Source of the DNA: Candidatus Latescibacterota bacterium
GTDB lineage: Bacteria; Latescibacterota; UBA2968; UBA8231
Direction: 5' to 3'
Assembly (NCBI GenBank): GCA_965197905.1
Contig: CBDAOB010000003.1
Span: forward strand, 192,001-256,000
Length of the DNA stretch: 64,000 bases
Shown here in pieces: positions 8,774 through 17,872 of the stretch (the stretch's first letter is position 1; the number at the start of each line of letters is the position of its first letter). Under the pieces are notes generated by a model. It worked only from the letters and a program-made list of their open reading frames with translations, did no database searches and was not told the DNA's origin. A program made the position numbers and the translations under genes.

Positions 8774-9595
8774 TCACGACGGGTTTGTTTTTCTAACATC
8801 CGAATATCTTTTGGATTGCTGCTTCGCAGCGGCCTCAAAGCTTCTTAATGCGTCGGCATCCAGGTCTGAGCGGGGAGGTCGGTTGAAGGTGAATCGGGAT
8901 TCATCCACGTTGCCTCGAAGAGGCATCGCGGAATCCTCATATCCTGGCAAAGGACCAACCTCTGAGCTCGCATAATTTAGCACGACCCCCAATCGCCAGG
9001 CGTCTGATTGGTTGTGCCCGGACCGATGCAGGGTCAGCGTATGATGAAATGCAGCCTGACCCGGTTGAAGGTTGATGTCGAATACATCAGCATCAATTAT
9101 CGGTGTCGTCACCCGCTGACCACGCTTTAACATGCTGGTTTCATCGAAGGTTTTTTCGTGAGGCAGCTGTCCAGTTAAGTGCGATCCCGCCACCATTTGC
9201 ATTCCACCACATGACTGATCGACCGACGACAGAGCGACCCAGGCAGAAACGATTTGGTCGGTCGGGCTCACTGGCCAGTAAGTGGCATCCTGATGCCAGC
9301 CGAAGTGTTTTTTTGTATTAGGTGGCTTAGCCGGCAGTAAAGCGTTCCAAAGTAAAATATTTGGGCCGATCAAATCTTCCACAACGTTGAGGAGCGATTC
9401 TTCTGAGGCCAGCTCTGAAACCCACGTCAGAATTAATTCGGTTCGATAGTATGTCCATTCCGAATAGTTTGGATGGGAATGATACGAATCAATGAAAGCC
9501 TTATACCGTTCAGAATAATACTTGACTCTTTCCGGTGATAGCATATCGATTGCAGAGATGAAACCGCGCTGTTCGAATTCGTTTCGTATGCTCAT
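8774..9595 (-). CDS. PhyH family Fe(II)/2OG dioxygenase (cassette)
   Basis: WHQDATYW, GSH, LHRSGHN...R. Confidence 0.9.
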   Translation of the reverse strand: MSIRNEFEQRGFISAIDMLSPERVKYYSERYKAFIDSYHSHPNYSEWTYYRTELILTWVSELASEESLLNVVEDLIGPNILLWNALLPAKPPNTKKHFGWHQDATYWPVSPTDQIVSAWVALSSVDQSCGGMQMVAGSHLTGQLPHEKTFDETSMLKRGQRVTTPIIDADVFDINLQPGQAAFHHTLTLHRSGHNQSDAWRLGVVLNYASSEVGPLPGYEDSAMPLRGNVDESRFTFNRPPRSDLDADALRSFEAAAKQQSKRYSDVRKTNPS

Positions 9596-9618
9596 CTTGC
9601 TTCAGTTCGAATTAAGCC

Positions 9619-9737
9619 ATTTACTAGTAGCAATGAGCAGCGCTGATTGTGCTGTGCTACAACGGCCCTGTTGGTAGCGCGAGCCACTGAAAACTGCCAG
9701 AGCACTGTTGGGTTGTCTGCTCGATTGCATGTTATGC
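9619..9737 (-). repeat. attC site (~120 bp), crossover core destroyed
   Basis: gcaatgagcag...ctgctcgattgcat GTTATGC; homologue of 5906-6027; no AAC at the left end. Confidence 0.7.
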
Positions 9738-9750
9738 TTCACCCAAGCTA

Positions 9751-10737
9751 CTACTTCGGCACGAACTTCTGAACTCGATTTCCCCACGTATCAACGACAA
9801 ACACCTCGCCCTGGGATCCCACCGCGATGTCATGCCCAAGCATGAATTGTCCGTCGTAGTTCCCGTACTGGCCAAAGGTCGCCTCAATCGTGCCATCTGA
9901 CGACAGTCTGAAAGCTCTGGACCGGTCAGGCGGTTCATCCGGTTGGTCGCCGCCGTCGATAACGTAAGCCTTACCATTGGGTCCGATGCTGACGCCGTAG
10001 GGTCTTCCGAGCTCCGGACTCTTCCACTGGTCCAGATAAGCACCTGAGCCATCAAAGACCTGGACGCGAGAATTGCTCCGGTCTGCCACATAGACTCGCC
10101 CGTCATCGTCCAAAGCGATCCCGTGAGGCAAGTCGAACTGCCCCGGCCCTGAGCCTTTGGTTCCCCACTGGAATTCAAACTCGCCCGTGGGTGAATACTT
10201 CAGAACCCGGGTGTTGCCGTACCCGTCACTCACGTAGAAGCTCCCATCCGGCAGAATGGCTGTGTCCGTGGGGGCGGTAAAGTGCCTCTCGTCGGCTCCG
10301 TGCTCGCGATCAACACCCAGCGTCATCAGTAGATTGCCGTCGTGGGTGAACTTGATCACCTGGTGGCGGCCAACGTCAGTGAGCCACACGTTGTCTTGGC
10401 TGTCAACAGTGAGTCCGTGAGGCATCACAAACTGGCCTGTGCCCCAACTGGCAACCTGCTCGCCAGTCTCTCCGTCGAAGACCGCGATGGTCGCACGCTC
10501 GATCGGATCTGGCGGAAATGGGAACTCCCACTCACGTTCGGCGCGATGGAACACGAACACGTGGCCGTGTGAGTCGACGTCTACCCCTGTCGCTTGCCCC
10601 AGAATCTGTCCCTGGGGTAACCGAGGCCATCCATGAACGACGGCGTATTCTGACGAGGACTTACTTGCGGATTCCGCCTCACTCGCTACGACAGCCGCGA
10701 TCGTGATAGTCAAAGTCGTGATCACGCAGGTCAGCAC
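9751..10737 (-). CDS. secreted NHL-repeat protein, peptidyl-alpha-hydroxyglycine alpha-amidating lyase (PAL)-like (cassette)
   Basis: VFVFHR, PHGL, SDGYGN, PHGI, ADRSNSRVQ and GHDI motifs; hydrophobic N-terminus. Start placed at GTG 10737 because the longer start lies in the attC. Confidence 0.8.
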   Translation of the reverse strand: MLTCVITTLTITIAAVVASEAESASKSSSEYAVVHGWPRLPQGQILGQATGVDVDSHGHVFVFHRAEREWEFPFPPDPIERATIAVFDGETGEQVASWGTGQFVMPHGLTVDSQDNVWLTDVGRHQVIKFTHDGNLLMTLGVDREHGADERHFTAPTDTAILPDGSFYVSDGYGNTRVLKYSPTGEFEFQWGTKGSGPGQFDLPHGIALDDDGRVYVADRSNSRVQVFDGSGAYLDQWKSPELGRPYGVSIGPNGKAYVIDGGDQPDEPPDRSRAFRLSSDGTIEATFGQYGNYDGQFMLGHDIAVGSQGEVFVVDTWGNRVQKFVPK

Positions 10738-10769
10738 TCTATTGATCCTACCTTCTTCCAACGCATTCT

Positions 10770-10891
10770 GCGTAACGCAGGGATGACCCGCGGGCGGATC
10801 CACCGTCAACTCAATCGCGCAGAACAGCCCGGCAAACCACCAATGCAGCTGGCTGACCACCGTCATAGTCCGTCCGGTCAACATGTTAGTG
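10770..10891 (-). repeat. attC site (122 bp)
   Basis: GCGTAAC gcagggatgacccgcgggc...gtccgtccggtcaacat GTTAGTG. Confidence 0.65.
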
Positions 10892-10906
10892 CCTCGCGCA
10901 TTTCCC

Positions 10907-11009
10907 AGTTAACAAAAGACCCCAGAGAGACATGACCTTCCGTTTGAATCGATGCAAATTGCGTTTGGAGGAGGAAAATCCATCTCGCTTGGGGCATCTA
11001 TAGTTCGTG
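10907..11009 (-). repeat. attC-like site (103 bp)
   Basis: AGTTAAC aaaagaccccagagaga...tctcgcttggggcatctata GTTCGTG; long hairpin. Confidence 0.6.
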
Positions 11010-11095
11010 CCTATCTCGACGAGCGGAAGTTTGTTGTGGTCGGCTTGCTCTTTCAGACGACTTAGAAGGAAAAAATGACTTCAATCCTGCCCATC

Positions 11096-11461
11096 TTAGA
11101 CCTGGCGCAACCTAACGCCGTCAAAATAGGGAATCGGCCTTGCACCAACTTGGGCGGCTAGAGCCATGCCCTTCTCATCTAGGTCACCGAATACCTCAAC
11201 TTTCAATTCACAGATTTCCAACACCTTGGACAATATCTCGCCTACATTAGTCAAATGGGCTTCAGCTGCATCTGAATCTCTATACAGTTCGAGGGCGGTA
11301 CAAGCGTTATTATCCTCGTCCAGATACCATTCATATTGCAATGTACCAGGTTCGTCACGGGATATGGCGATGGCTTCTCTTCCCAATTCCTTGAAACGAT
11401 CTATATCCCTGATATCTGTTACGCGGGCGACAACTCGGATTGCTTCCATTGGCGGCTCCAT
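11096..11461 (-). CDS. antibiotic biosynthesis monooxygenase (ABM) family protein; first cassette
   Basis: SRDEPGTLQYEW and ELYRDSDAAEAHL motifs. Confidence 0.85.
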   Translation of the reverse strand: MEPPMEAIRVVARVTDIRDIDRFKELGREAIAISRDEPGTLQYEWYLDEDNNACTALELYRDSDAAEAHLTNVGEILSKVLEICELKVEVFGDLDEKGMALAAQVGARPIPYFDGVRLRQV

Positions 11462-11643
11462 TAGCTATGAAGAGATGAGATCCTATTCATCGAAAGAAAC
11501 GCGATGCATTGCGTGGCGTCTTACCTAAATGATCGGGGCTCCGCTCTAGCCGAATGCGTGAACTACCTCTCCATGTCTGTCTGTACCAAGCTGCTTCGTC
11601 TTTAACAGTTTGCAGCTACATCAACCTCACTTCCGGCGTCCTT

Positions 11644-11663
11644 GCACTAACTATTACTTATCT
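11644..11663 (-). promoter_or_regulatory. candidate attI recombination site
   Basis: Minus strand AGATAAG-TAATA-G|TTAGTGC has attI simple-site geometry (L box, 5 nt, R box). Its R matches the inverse core GCACTAAC at 10885-10892, and it lies ~310 bp upstream of intI. Confidence 0.55.
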
Positions 11664-11959
11664 GGAAGTACTCTTCTTGCGCCAGCTGGGCACGTCACTT
11701 GCTGACTCATATGCATTGGCGCAAGCCCGCAGGCAATTGCTAACTCCTTCTTGCACATAAGGAAACCAGCGGGAATAGACCTCGTCAAGGTGCAATATCC
11801 GGTTATTCACGTGCTTTTCGTGAATTCAGGATAGCGCGGTCGAGGAGTGCCCCGCGGGAGCCAGCTGCAAGCCGGATTGGCTCGATGTTATCCACTTATG
11901 CGGAAAACTAGATAGCCAGATAAGCAACGAAGAAAACAACTCCATGGTAGGAGAAGCGC

Positions 11960-13222
11960 TTGCAAACTGCAGGTGAGAAGGATCTGGCAACCTTCCAGGA
12001 CTGGGTGCGGGAAAGACAGCTGGCACCAGAGCATCGCATTCGATTCGTCGTCGGATGGGTCGAGCGTTTTCTTCGGCTACGTGCCACCAGGCCGCGGGAG
12101 AACTGGCAAGACACATTACGCGTATTCCTCGACGATCTGGGTGATGGAAAGATCGAGAGCTGGCAGCTCCGACAAGCAGCAGACGCAGTTACGATCTATT
12201 GCGGCCAGTTCCGTGAGCCAGCCGACGCAAAAGTGTCACCCTTCCAGTACACCGCGATCGAATCGGCCAGGCCGAGCCAGGTGCTGGCGGAAATGAAACG
12301 ATTGCTGGAGCTGCGGCATTACTCGCCGCGAACCCATCGCACGTATCTGGCGTGGGCGCGACGTTTTCTACGGTATGCCAATGCAGAGAACAAGGCTCTC
12401 TGCACTGAGGATGTGACAGCCTATCTGAGCTATCTGGCCACCCGCCGGAAGGTGGCGGCCTCGACCCAGAACCAGGCGTTCAACGCTCTGCTCTTCCTCT
12501 GCCGTAACGTGCTGCACATCGAATTGGGGGATTTGGCGAGCACGGTACGGGCGAGACGCGGCCGCAAGTTGCCGGTAGTGCTGTCGCCTGAGGAGACGAA
12601 AGAGATTCTGGGCCAGGTCCATGGAAATCCGCAGCTCATGCTTGAGCTGATTTACGGTGCGGGTTTAAGAGTGGGCGAGGTCGTGACGCTGCGCGTTAAG
12701 GACATCGACTTTGCGGCGAGTACGCTGACGGTGCGTGCAGGTAAAGGTGACATGGATCGCATGACCTTCCTGCCGATACGTCTGATTGCAGGCCTCAAAA
12801 GACATCTCGCGATCGTGAAGAAACAGCACCAGCAGGTCTTGGCAGCCGGTGCCGGGGAAGCGCCGCTGCCAACCGGACTAGCCAGGAAGTATCCGAACGT
12901 GTGCTGTGAGTGGGCGTGGCAGTTCGTATTTCCCTCCGAAAGGCTCAGCCGGAGCGAGGATGGTGTGATCCGTCGATGGCATGTGGCGACTTCAACGGTC
13001 CAGAAAGCGATGAAGTCAGCCGTATCTCGAGCCGGCGTCGCCAAGCCGGCTAGCGTGCACTCGCTTAGACATTCGTTTGCCACCCACCTGCTGATGAAGG
13101 GAGTCGATATCCGGCGGATCCAGGAGCTGCTTGGTCACCAGAGTGTGGAGACGACCATGATCTATACCCACGTATTGCAGACCATGGCCCCCGATCTGTG
13201 CAGTCCCCTCGACGAACTATGA
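11960..13222 (+). CDS. intI: integron integrase (tyrosine recombinase) with N-terminal extension
   Basis: ASTQNQAFNALLF, AGLRVGE, GKGD, IntI-specific insert LARKYPN..EWAWQFVFPS, HSLRHSFATHLL, LLGH, TTMIYTHV. Divergent from the cassette array; AGGAG precedes the TTG start. Confidence 0.96.
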   Translation: MQTAGEKDLATFQDWVRERQLAPEHRIRFVVGWVERFLRLRATRPRENWQDTLRVFLDDLGDGKIESWQLRQAADAVTIYCGQFREPADAKVSPFQYTAIESARPSQVLAEMKRLLELRHYSPRTHRTYLAWARRFLRYANAENKALCTEDVTAYLSYLATRRKVAASTQNQAFNALLFLCRNVLHIELGDLASTVRARRGRKLPVVLSPEETKEILGQVHGNPQLMLELIYGAGLRVGEVVTLRVKDIDFAASTLTVRAGKGDMDRMTFLPIRLIAGLKRHLAIVKKQHQQVLAAGAGEAPLPTGLARKYPNVCCEWAWQFVFPSERLSRSEDGVIRRWHVATSTVQKAMKSAVSRAGVAKPASVHSLRHSFATHLLMKGVDIRRIQELLGHQSVETTMIYTHVLQTMAPDLCSPLDEL

Positions 13223-13992
13223 GTGCGACGGATTCTCAACCTGGTCAATCCGAGCAAACGCCACTTCGTGCGTCAGTACGGAAAACTCTTAGTTTTCAAC
13301 GCAACCAGAGCGACAGAAGACGAATCACCAATCGATGCCAAATGGCAGGCTTGCGTAAATGACTCTCGAAGCTTCACAACCCGAAGCGGCTGGCATGTCC
13401 GAGGGTCGGCTCGAAGCCGCTGTCAGCTACGCCCGAAAGATCGTCGATCTCGGTGCCATCCCACTGATCGAAGTCCTCGTTGTGCGCGACTCCAAGATCG
13501 TCCTACACGATCGCCACGTTCACCAAAAAATCGCCTCGCAGGGGTACGAGATAACTGACGATACCATCTTCGAAGTCGCCTCTGTCACGAAAGCTCTGTG
13601 TGGCGCGGTGGTGATGCACCAGGTCGAGATGGGCAACCTCTCCCTGGACATACCGGTGGCCGAGTACATCCCCGAGTTCGGCAAGGCCGGCAACGGTCGG
13701 GTTACGACGCGCCACCTATTGTCCCATTCCGGAGGTGTGAATGATCTGATCCTCGGCCCGCAGCCGTCGTCCACCGAGAAGCTGTTAGAGCGAATCTACG
13801 ACCTGCCGCTGGTGTTCGAGCCGGGCACCCGATCGAGCTATTCCACGCTCGGTTTCGAAGTGGTGGCGGAGCTCGTGCGACGGGTGAGCGGCAAGGAGCT
13901 GGCGGAGCTGGGGGACGAGTTGTTTGGTTCCTTGGGCATGCGGCAAACCCATTTTCGCGCCCGGGATGAGTTGGCAATTAGTATTTTACGGC

Positions 13993-14030
13993 TTGACATT
14001 CAGTCCCTTATTGGTTATATTAAGTATAAT
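13993..14030 (+). promoter_or_regulatory. sigma70-type promoter for the transposase
   Basis: TTGACA(13993)-17 nt-TATATT(14016), with a TATAAT at 14025. Confidence 0.7.
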
Positions 14031-14056
14031 AAAAACAACCAATAAGGGAGCGGAGA

Positions 14057-14716
14057 ATGAACTTGATAACCGTGACAGAAAGGTTTCCGACGCAAGAATC
14101 CTGCATTGCTCATTTTGAGCTGGTTCGCTTCGGTGATGAACCCTTTTGTCCCTTGTGCGGTACGGTCGGGGAATGCGCCCGCAAGAAGAAATGGCTACCA
14201 AGCAGGGAAGAATCAGGTTAAGCGGCCTCATTGAAGCCGACGAGACTTTTGTCGGCGGGCGCCCCAGGAAGCGCAACAAGCGCGATGACGACAAGCCCAA
14301 CCGCCAGAGGACGAGGAACGCGCAAGACCGCTGTTATCGGCGCTGTGAAGCGTTCAGGGAAGGTTGTGGCCGAAGTCGCCGACGATCTCTCCGGCAAGGG
14401 CGTACTCGCCTTTATCAAGCGCGCCATCGATCCTGACGCCGCGACGCTGGTCACGGACGAATACGGGGCCTACAACGTGGTGCGAAGGATCATGGATCAC
14501 TGCGTGATTCAGCATTCTCAGCACTATGTCGATGGCGAGATTCACACCAACACGATAGAAGGCGTCTGGTCCCTGCTCAAGCGCGCCTGGTATGGCTCGC
14601 ATCATCACTACACGAAGCAATACACGCCGCTCTACGTGGCCGAGGCTTGTTTCAAGTACAACCACCGCAAGGACGACAACGCCTTCGGCTCTTTTATCAG
14701 GGAGTGCTTTAACTAA
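14057..14716 (+). pseudogene. IS1595-family DDE transposase, internally deleted and frameshifted
   Basis: Zn-ribbon start MNLITVTERFPTQESC..FCPLCG. The sequence then jumps to LSGLIEADETFVGG in another frame, and a third frame gives GRGTRKT..VTDE..HTNTIEGVWS..YVAEACFKYN. Confidence 0.88.
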
Positions 14717-14729
14717 GAGGAGATTTGTC

Positions 14730-15050
14730 ATGACTGCTGCTGCGATGACTCAATCGCCGCCCGAAGAGCTCGAAGCTCTTGCAGAATCTCTTCCTCTATC
14801 GGCGGAGCAATCTTCAAGATGGATTTTGCTAACCGTACGAGCTCTTCTTTCTGAACTAAAACGCATCGGGGAAGATCCCCTGTGTAGCGCTCAGCGTCAG
14901 GATGTAGAACAAGTGCGAGAAGCCCTGGCTCATCTTCCACTGAGGCTAGGCTCAGGGGGATTCCCGTCCAAGCACTACCTTGGTTCGCTTCAAACAGTGC
15001 TTTACTGGTGGGATAGGACGTATAATCACTATGACTTCCATGATCCATGA
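14730..15050 (+). CDS. IS passenger, hypothetical protein (106 aa)
   Basis: GAGGAG before ATG 14730, immediately after the transposase stop; no family recognised. Confidence 0.5.
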   Translation: MTAAAMTQSPPEELEALAESLPLSAEQSSRWILLTVRALLSELKRIGEDPLCSAQRQDVEQVREALAHLPLRLGSGGFPSKHYLGSLQTVLYWWDRTYNHYDFHDP

Positions 15051-15715
15051 GAGCTTGCTCCTTTCATTGGCGATACCCATTCCGAGGTGGCGCTCGACGC
15101 GGGCAGGTCGGTCTGTTCCCACCATTGGCGCACTCCGCTGCAGGCCAATGTCGAATATCAGCTCAAGATCATCGGCGTGTTTTTCTTCCAATGATCTTCG
15201 TGCTATCCATTCGCCCACAGAGAAGAACAGGATATCTCCGTCCTTGTCATTTGTGCGGCGGATCGTCCGCTCAACGGACATGAAGCAGTCGCTGAATGCA
15301 TCCATCACTTCCTTACGGTCTACTTTTCGCTTTATCTTGGGTTTCAACATCCGTTCCGTGTTCGATTCCATGAATCCTGCGTGAGGCAACCCTGTTCAAT
15401 GAATGAAGCGAACTCGATATACAACATCTTGAGAAGATCATCTTTGATGGCCTTACTCAGTTGCTCTTCGCATTCCAAAAGAGCGGTCGCTGCAACCAGC
15501 TCTCCAATCATCACGGAACAGTCCCATTCTCCCATGTCAGCACCGTCAAAGCATCCAGGATGCCGCTTGGAAAGCGACTCGACGCAGCCGATGGCTACTA
15601 TGTGCATTCGCCTGGTCGCCGCAGCGGCCACCTCCTGATGTTGCGGATGGCTTGGCTGTTGGATGCCTTGTCGCAGACGATCGAGATCTGTAGATTGGGA
15701 ATTGTACTTTGACAT
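14952..15715 (-). CDS. IS passenger hypothetical(s): two overlapping ORFs, possibly one frameshifted gene
   Basis: ORFs 15344..15715 (AGGGAG RBS) and 14952..15389 overlap in different frames. Confidence 0.4.
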
Positions 15716-16586
15716 GGCAAGAGTCTCCCTTGCGATGTTAAGCCGCTGACGTTTTGACGAACGTCAGGGCAAAGGAAATGCAACCCGATCGGTTTCCCGA
15801 ATCAGGTTGCATAGAGTACTGCAGTACTCCCAATCTATTTCATGGGGCAGGCGGAGGCACGTTGACCCCCAAGCCGTAAAATACTAATTGCGGATGAGTT
15901 TGATTCTCCGCGGGCGTGGCGCGCGCATACGCTGCCGCTTTTCGATCGGGATTTACGCGCGCATGAGGACCCGTTTGATGGGGAAATGGAGGACCATCCT
16001 CATTTCAACTACATCACGGGAGGCGGTCGCGGTTGTTCGAGTGCGATGGATCTAGCGGTGTTTGCGCAGATGATGCTGAACAAGGGCAGCTATGGAGACA
16101 CCCGGGTGTTGTCGCCCGCCTCGGTGGAGCGGATGGTGGAACGCCAGTTCGCCTGGTCGGATACGCCCGAGCGGCAAACGCGTGCGGACCGCTACATGTA
16201 TCTCAGCAAAGCGCTGGGGTGGATGGTCCGCGGGGAAGCGTTTTTCTTCGGCGGCGACCTGATGAGTCCGCGGGCGTATTTTCACGGTGGCGCCTACGGA
16301 TCGCGGGTGCTGGTGGATCCGGAGTACGATATAGCTGTAGTGTTTTTGACAAGTACGTGGCAGCATGCGGTGACGGGTGAGGAGACGATCCAGGTACCGG
16401 AGTACGCGAACAGCTTTATCAAGATTCAGCAGGTGTTCGCGAATTTGGTCTACGGGGCACTGTGTTGACATACGTAAGCGTGCCTGATCGACATAAATCG
16501 GCCATATTGGAGATGTGACGGAGCGCCACAATTTCGGCGTTCACCGCTATGGACAGTGAACTCGTGATCTCACGCGGGAATGAGAC

Positions 16587-17867
16587 ATGGGACCCAGCTA
16601 CCCGATTGGGCTGACCGTCTGCCTGCTGCTCTCGATGCCGCCCTCGGCCGCAGCGGCCGCAGACGCCACCGAGGAGCTCGAACAGGCTGCCCGAGATGCT
16701 CGCGACCGGGCCAAGAAGGGCTACGAGCGCCTGAGCCGACGCCGCACCTTCGACATCGATGGCGTTCCGTACGGAGCCACCGGCCTCCCAATCGCCTTCT
16801 TCACGCCTTCGAGCGGCCTGCACTACGGTGGGTGGCTGGAAGTCGCCAACTACGGGCGTGAGCCCTACGTGTACCGGGCCAACGTGCAGTGGTATCTGAC
16901 GACCAAGGGCAAGCGCAACCATCACATGCGTCTGGATTTCCCGACACCGTTCGGCTTCCCGGTCAACGCGCGCATTCTCACGCGCGACCTCAAGAACACG
17001 GGCGCCAGCTTCTTTGGCATCGGGAACGAGGCCGATATCAGCGACGAAAGAACCGATCGGGAACGGGACTACTACCGCTACCTCCTCGAGCAGCAGCTAT
17101 CCGCCTTCGACCTGGAGTTCGCCGAGCTCGAGCCGTTGGTCATCTTCGGCGGGTTCCGGTTCAACCGCAGCGTGCCGAGCCGTATCGATGAGGAGAAGGC
17201 GGACGCCTACTACGTCTTCAACCTCACGGATCGCGAGGTGCTGGGTCGGAGCGGTGGCTGGGCGAACTTCCTCCTCGTGGGCGCGATCTACGACTCGCGC
17301 GACGATCAGGAGATGCCGACGGCCGGACTGCTGAGCGAAGCCTCCTTTCAGATGGGCGGGGCGTTGCTGGGGGCGGACTACGCCTTCCGGAGGATCACAC
17401 TCATCAACACGCACTACTGGAGACCCCCCTGGTCCTCCGACTCCAGCCGATACGTCTTCGTGACTCGCGCCGTCTTCGAGAGTCTAGGTGACGAGGCGCC
17501 CTTCTACGAGCTGACCGAAGTCGGTGGATCGATCCGTGGCGTCCAGGTCGGTGGGGGATCGTTCATGCGGGGGTACAGATCGCGGCGCTTCGCCGATCAG
17601 AAGAAAATGCTGTTCTCCGGCGAGCTGCGGCGCACCTTCAAGAGCGTGGAATGGCGGGGCCAACACTTCGAGACGCTAGGCCTGCTTTTCGTCGATGCGG
17701 GGCGCGTGGCTTCTCGCGTCACGAGCGTGCTCAATCCGCTAGGACTGCACCCGAGCGCGGGCATCGGCTACCGCGCAACCTGGAACTCTCAGTTCAGCCT
17801 TAGATCCGACTACGCGGTCTCCCCAGAGGGGCACGTTTTTCTGTTGTCCTTCGGCAATCTCTTCTGA
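16587..17867 (+). CDS. Omp85/BamA-TamA family outer-membrane beta-barrel, apparently without POTRA domains
   Basis: Signal peptide, YDSRD, MRGY..RRF, FVDAGRV, C-terminal Phe. Confidence 0.82.
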   Translation: MGPSYPIGLTVCLLLSMPPSAAAAADATEELEQAARDARDRAKKGYERLSRRRTFDIDGVPYGATGLPIAFFTPSSGLHYGGWLEVANYGREPYVYRANVQWYLTTKGKRNHHMRLDFPTPFGFPVNARILTRDLKNTGASFFGIGNEADISDERTDRERDYYRYLLEQQLSAFDLEFAELEPLVIFGGFRFNRSVPSRIDEEKADAYYVFNLTDREVLGRSGGWANFLLVGAIYDSRDDQEMPTAGLLSEASFQMGGALLGADYAFRRITLINTHYWRPPWSSDSSRYVFVTRAVFESLGDEAPFYELTEVGGSIRGVQVGGGSFMRGYRSRRFADQKKMLFSGELRRTFKSVEWRGQHFETLGLLFVDAGRVASRVTSVLNPLGLHPSAGIGYRATWNSQFSLRSDYAVSPEGHVFLLSFGNLF

Positions 17868-17872
17868 ACGAG

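Larger units (their letters stand above)
13973..15892 (+). mobile_element. IS1595-family element with passenger ORFs (1,920 bp)
   Basis: IRL GGCAATTAGTATTTTACGGCTTG (13973-13995) and IRR CAAGCCGTAAAATACTAATTGCG (15870-15892) match at 22/23 positions; 8-bp TSD GATGAGTT at 13965-13972 and 15893-15900. Confidence 0.95.
13359..16468 (+). pseudogene. beta-lactamase-related serine hydrolase interrupted by an IS
   Basis: SxxK (ASVTK), LLSHSGG and YST motifs. Removing 13973-15900 restores the frame: THFRARDE-FDSPRAW...GEMEDHPHF, continuing into ORF 15986..16468. Confidence 0.92.

Noticed and set aside
11660..11960. LexA box, Pc promoter and DnaA-like box upstream of intI
   Set aside because: No CTGT-N8-ACAG was found; the minus-strand TTGACG has only a poor -10 at 17 bp; the single TTATCCACT is a mismatched, isolated box.
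14057..14716. Programmed frameshifting to make an active transposase
   Set aside because: Two frame changes plus a missing internal domain, and no clear slippery site at the second shift.
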